A stretch of DNA of 64,000 nt from Octopus sinensis (lineage: Eukaryota). The notes beneath the pieces are model-generated. The model did no database searches, had not been told where the DNA came from, and saw only the letters and a list, made by a program, of their open reading frames with translations. Both the position numbers and the translations under genes were made by a program. How positions within the stretch are numbered: position 1 is the stretch's first letter; the number at the start of each line of letters is the position of its first letter. The stretch is taken from the NCBI RefSeq assembly GCF_006345805.1, contig NC_043003.1:116808001-116872000 (forward strand), in the 5' to 3' direction. This document shows, piece by piece, positions 63,889-64,000 of the stretch.

Positions 63889-64000
63889 TTTACTTTATTT
63901 TTACTTTGTTTTATATTATTATCTATGAGTCATATATCGGTGGACATCGACAAACTGGTCGTTAGTAGTCTGCTGTATTATTCCTTAAAGAAGTTATACT

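Overview
AT-rich, repeat-saturated non-coding eukaryotic DNA, most likely from an octopus (coleoid cephalopod) genome. That assignment rests on my recall of the SINE families, not on a database search. I found no host protein-coding exon, rRNA, genuine tRNA gene or CRISPR array. Nearly all ORF-track entries are translations of (TA)n/(CA)n/(TAA)n/(CATA)n microsatellites or of SINEs. What can be supported: (1) many copies of several tRNA-derived SINE families (labelled A, B, C here), some with target-site duplications (TSDs) and swapped 3' tails; (2) truncated LINE remnants: CR1/L2-like, RTE x3, and R4/Dong-like restriction-endonuclease LINEs sitting in TAA/TAC repeats; (3) a frameshifted Penelope-like element (PLE) with RT-thumb/GIY-YIG remnant at 47.3-49.3 kb; (4) two non-autonomous Helitrons, three copies of a MITE with 6-bp TSDs and internal TTAGGG repeats, a Tc1/mariner-type MITE and a ~915-bp foldback. 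The most interesting signal is a set of about ten type I hammerhead-ribozyme (HHR)-like motifs from several unrelated short elements. At least three have complete catalytic cores (34062-34156, 46417-46462, 56644-56736). They lie mostly next to (TA)n tracts, and five show the same geometry: an inverted copy of the element's 3' part placed 5' of the ribozyme-sense strand. This fits PLE pseudo-LTRs or retrozyme-like non-autonomous elements. The class is known in animals, but the diversity and density here deserve testing. Boundaries of degenerate elements are approximate; folds were done by eye.
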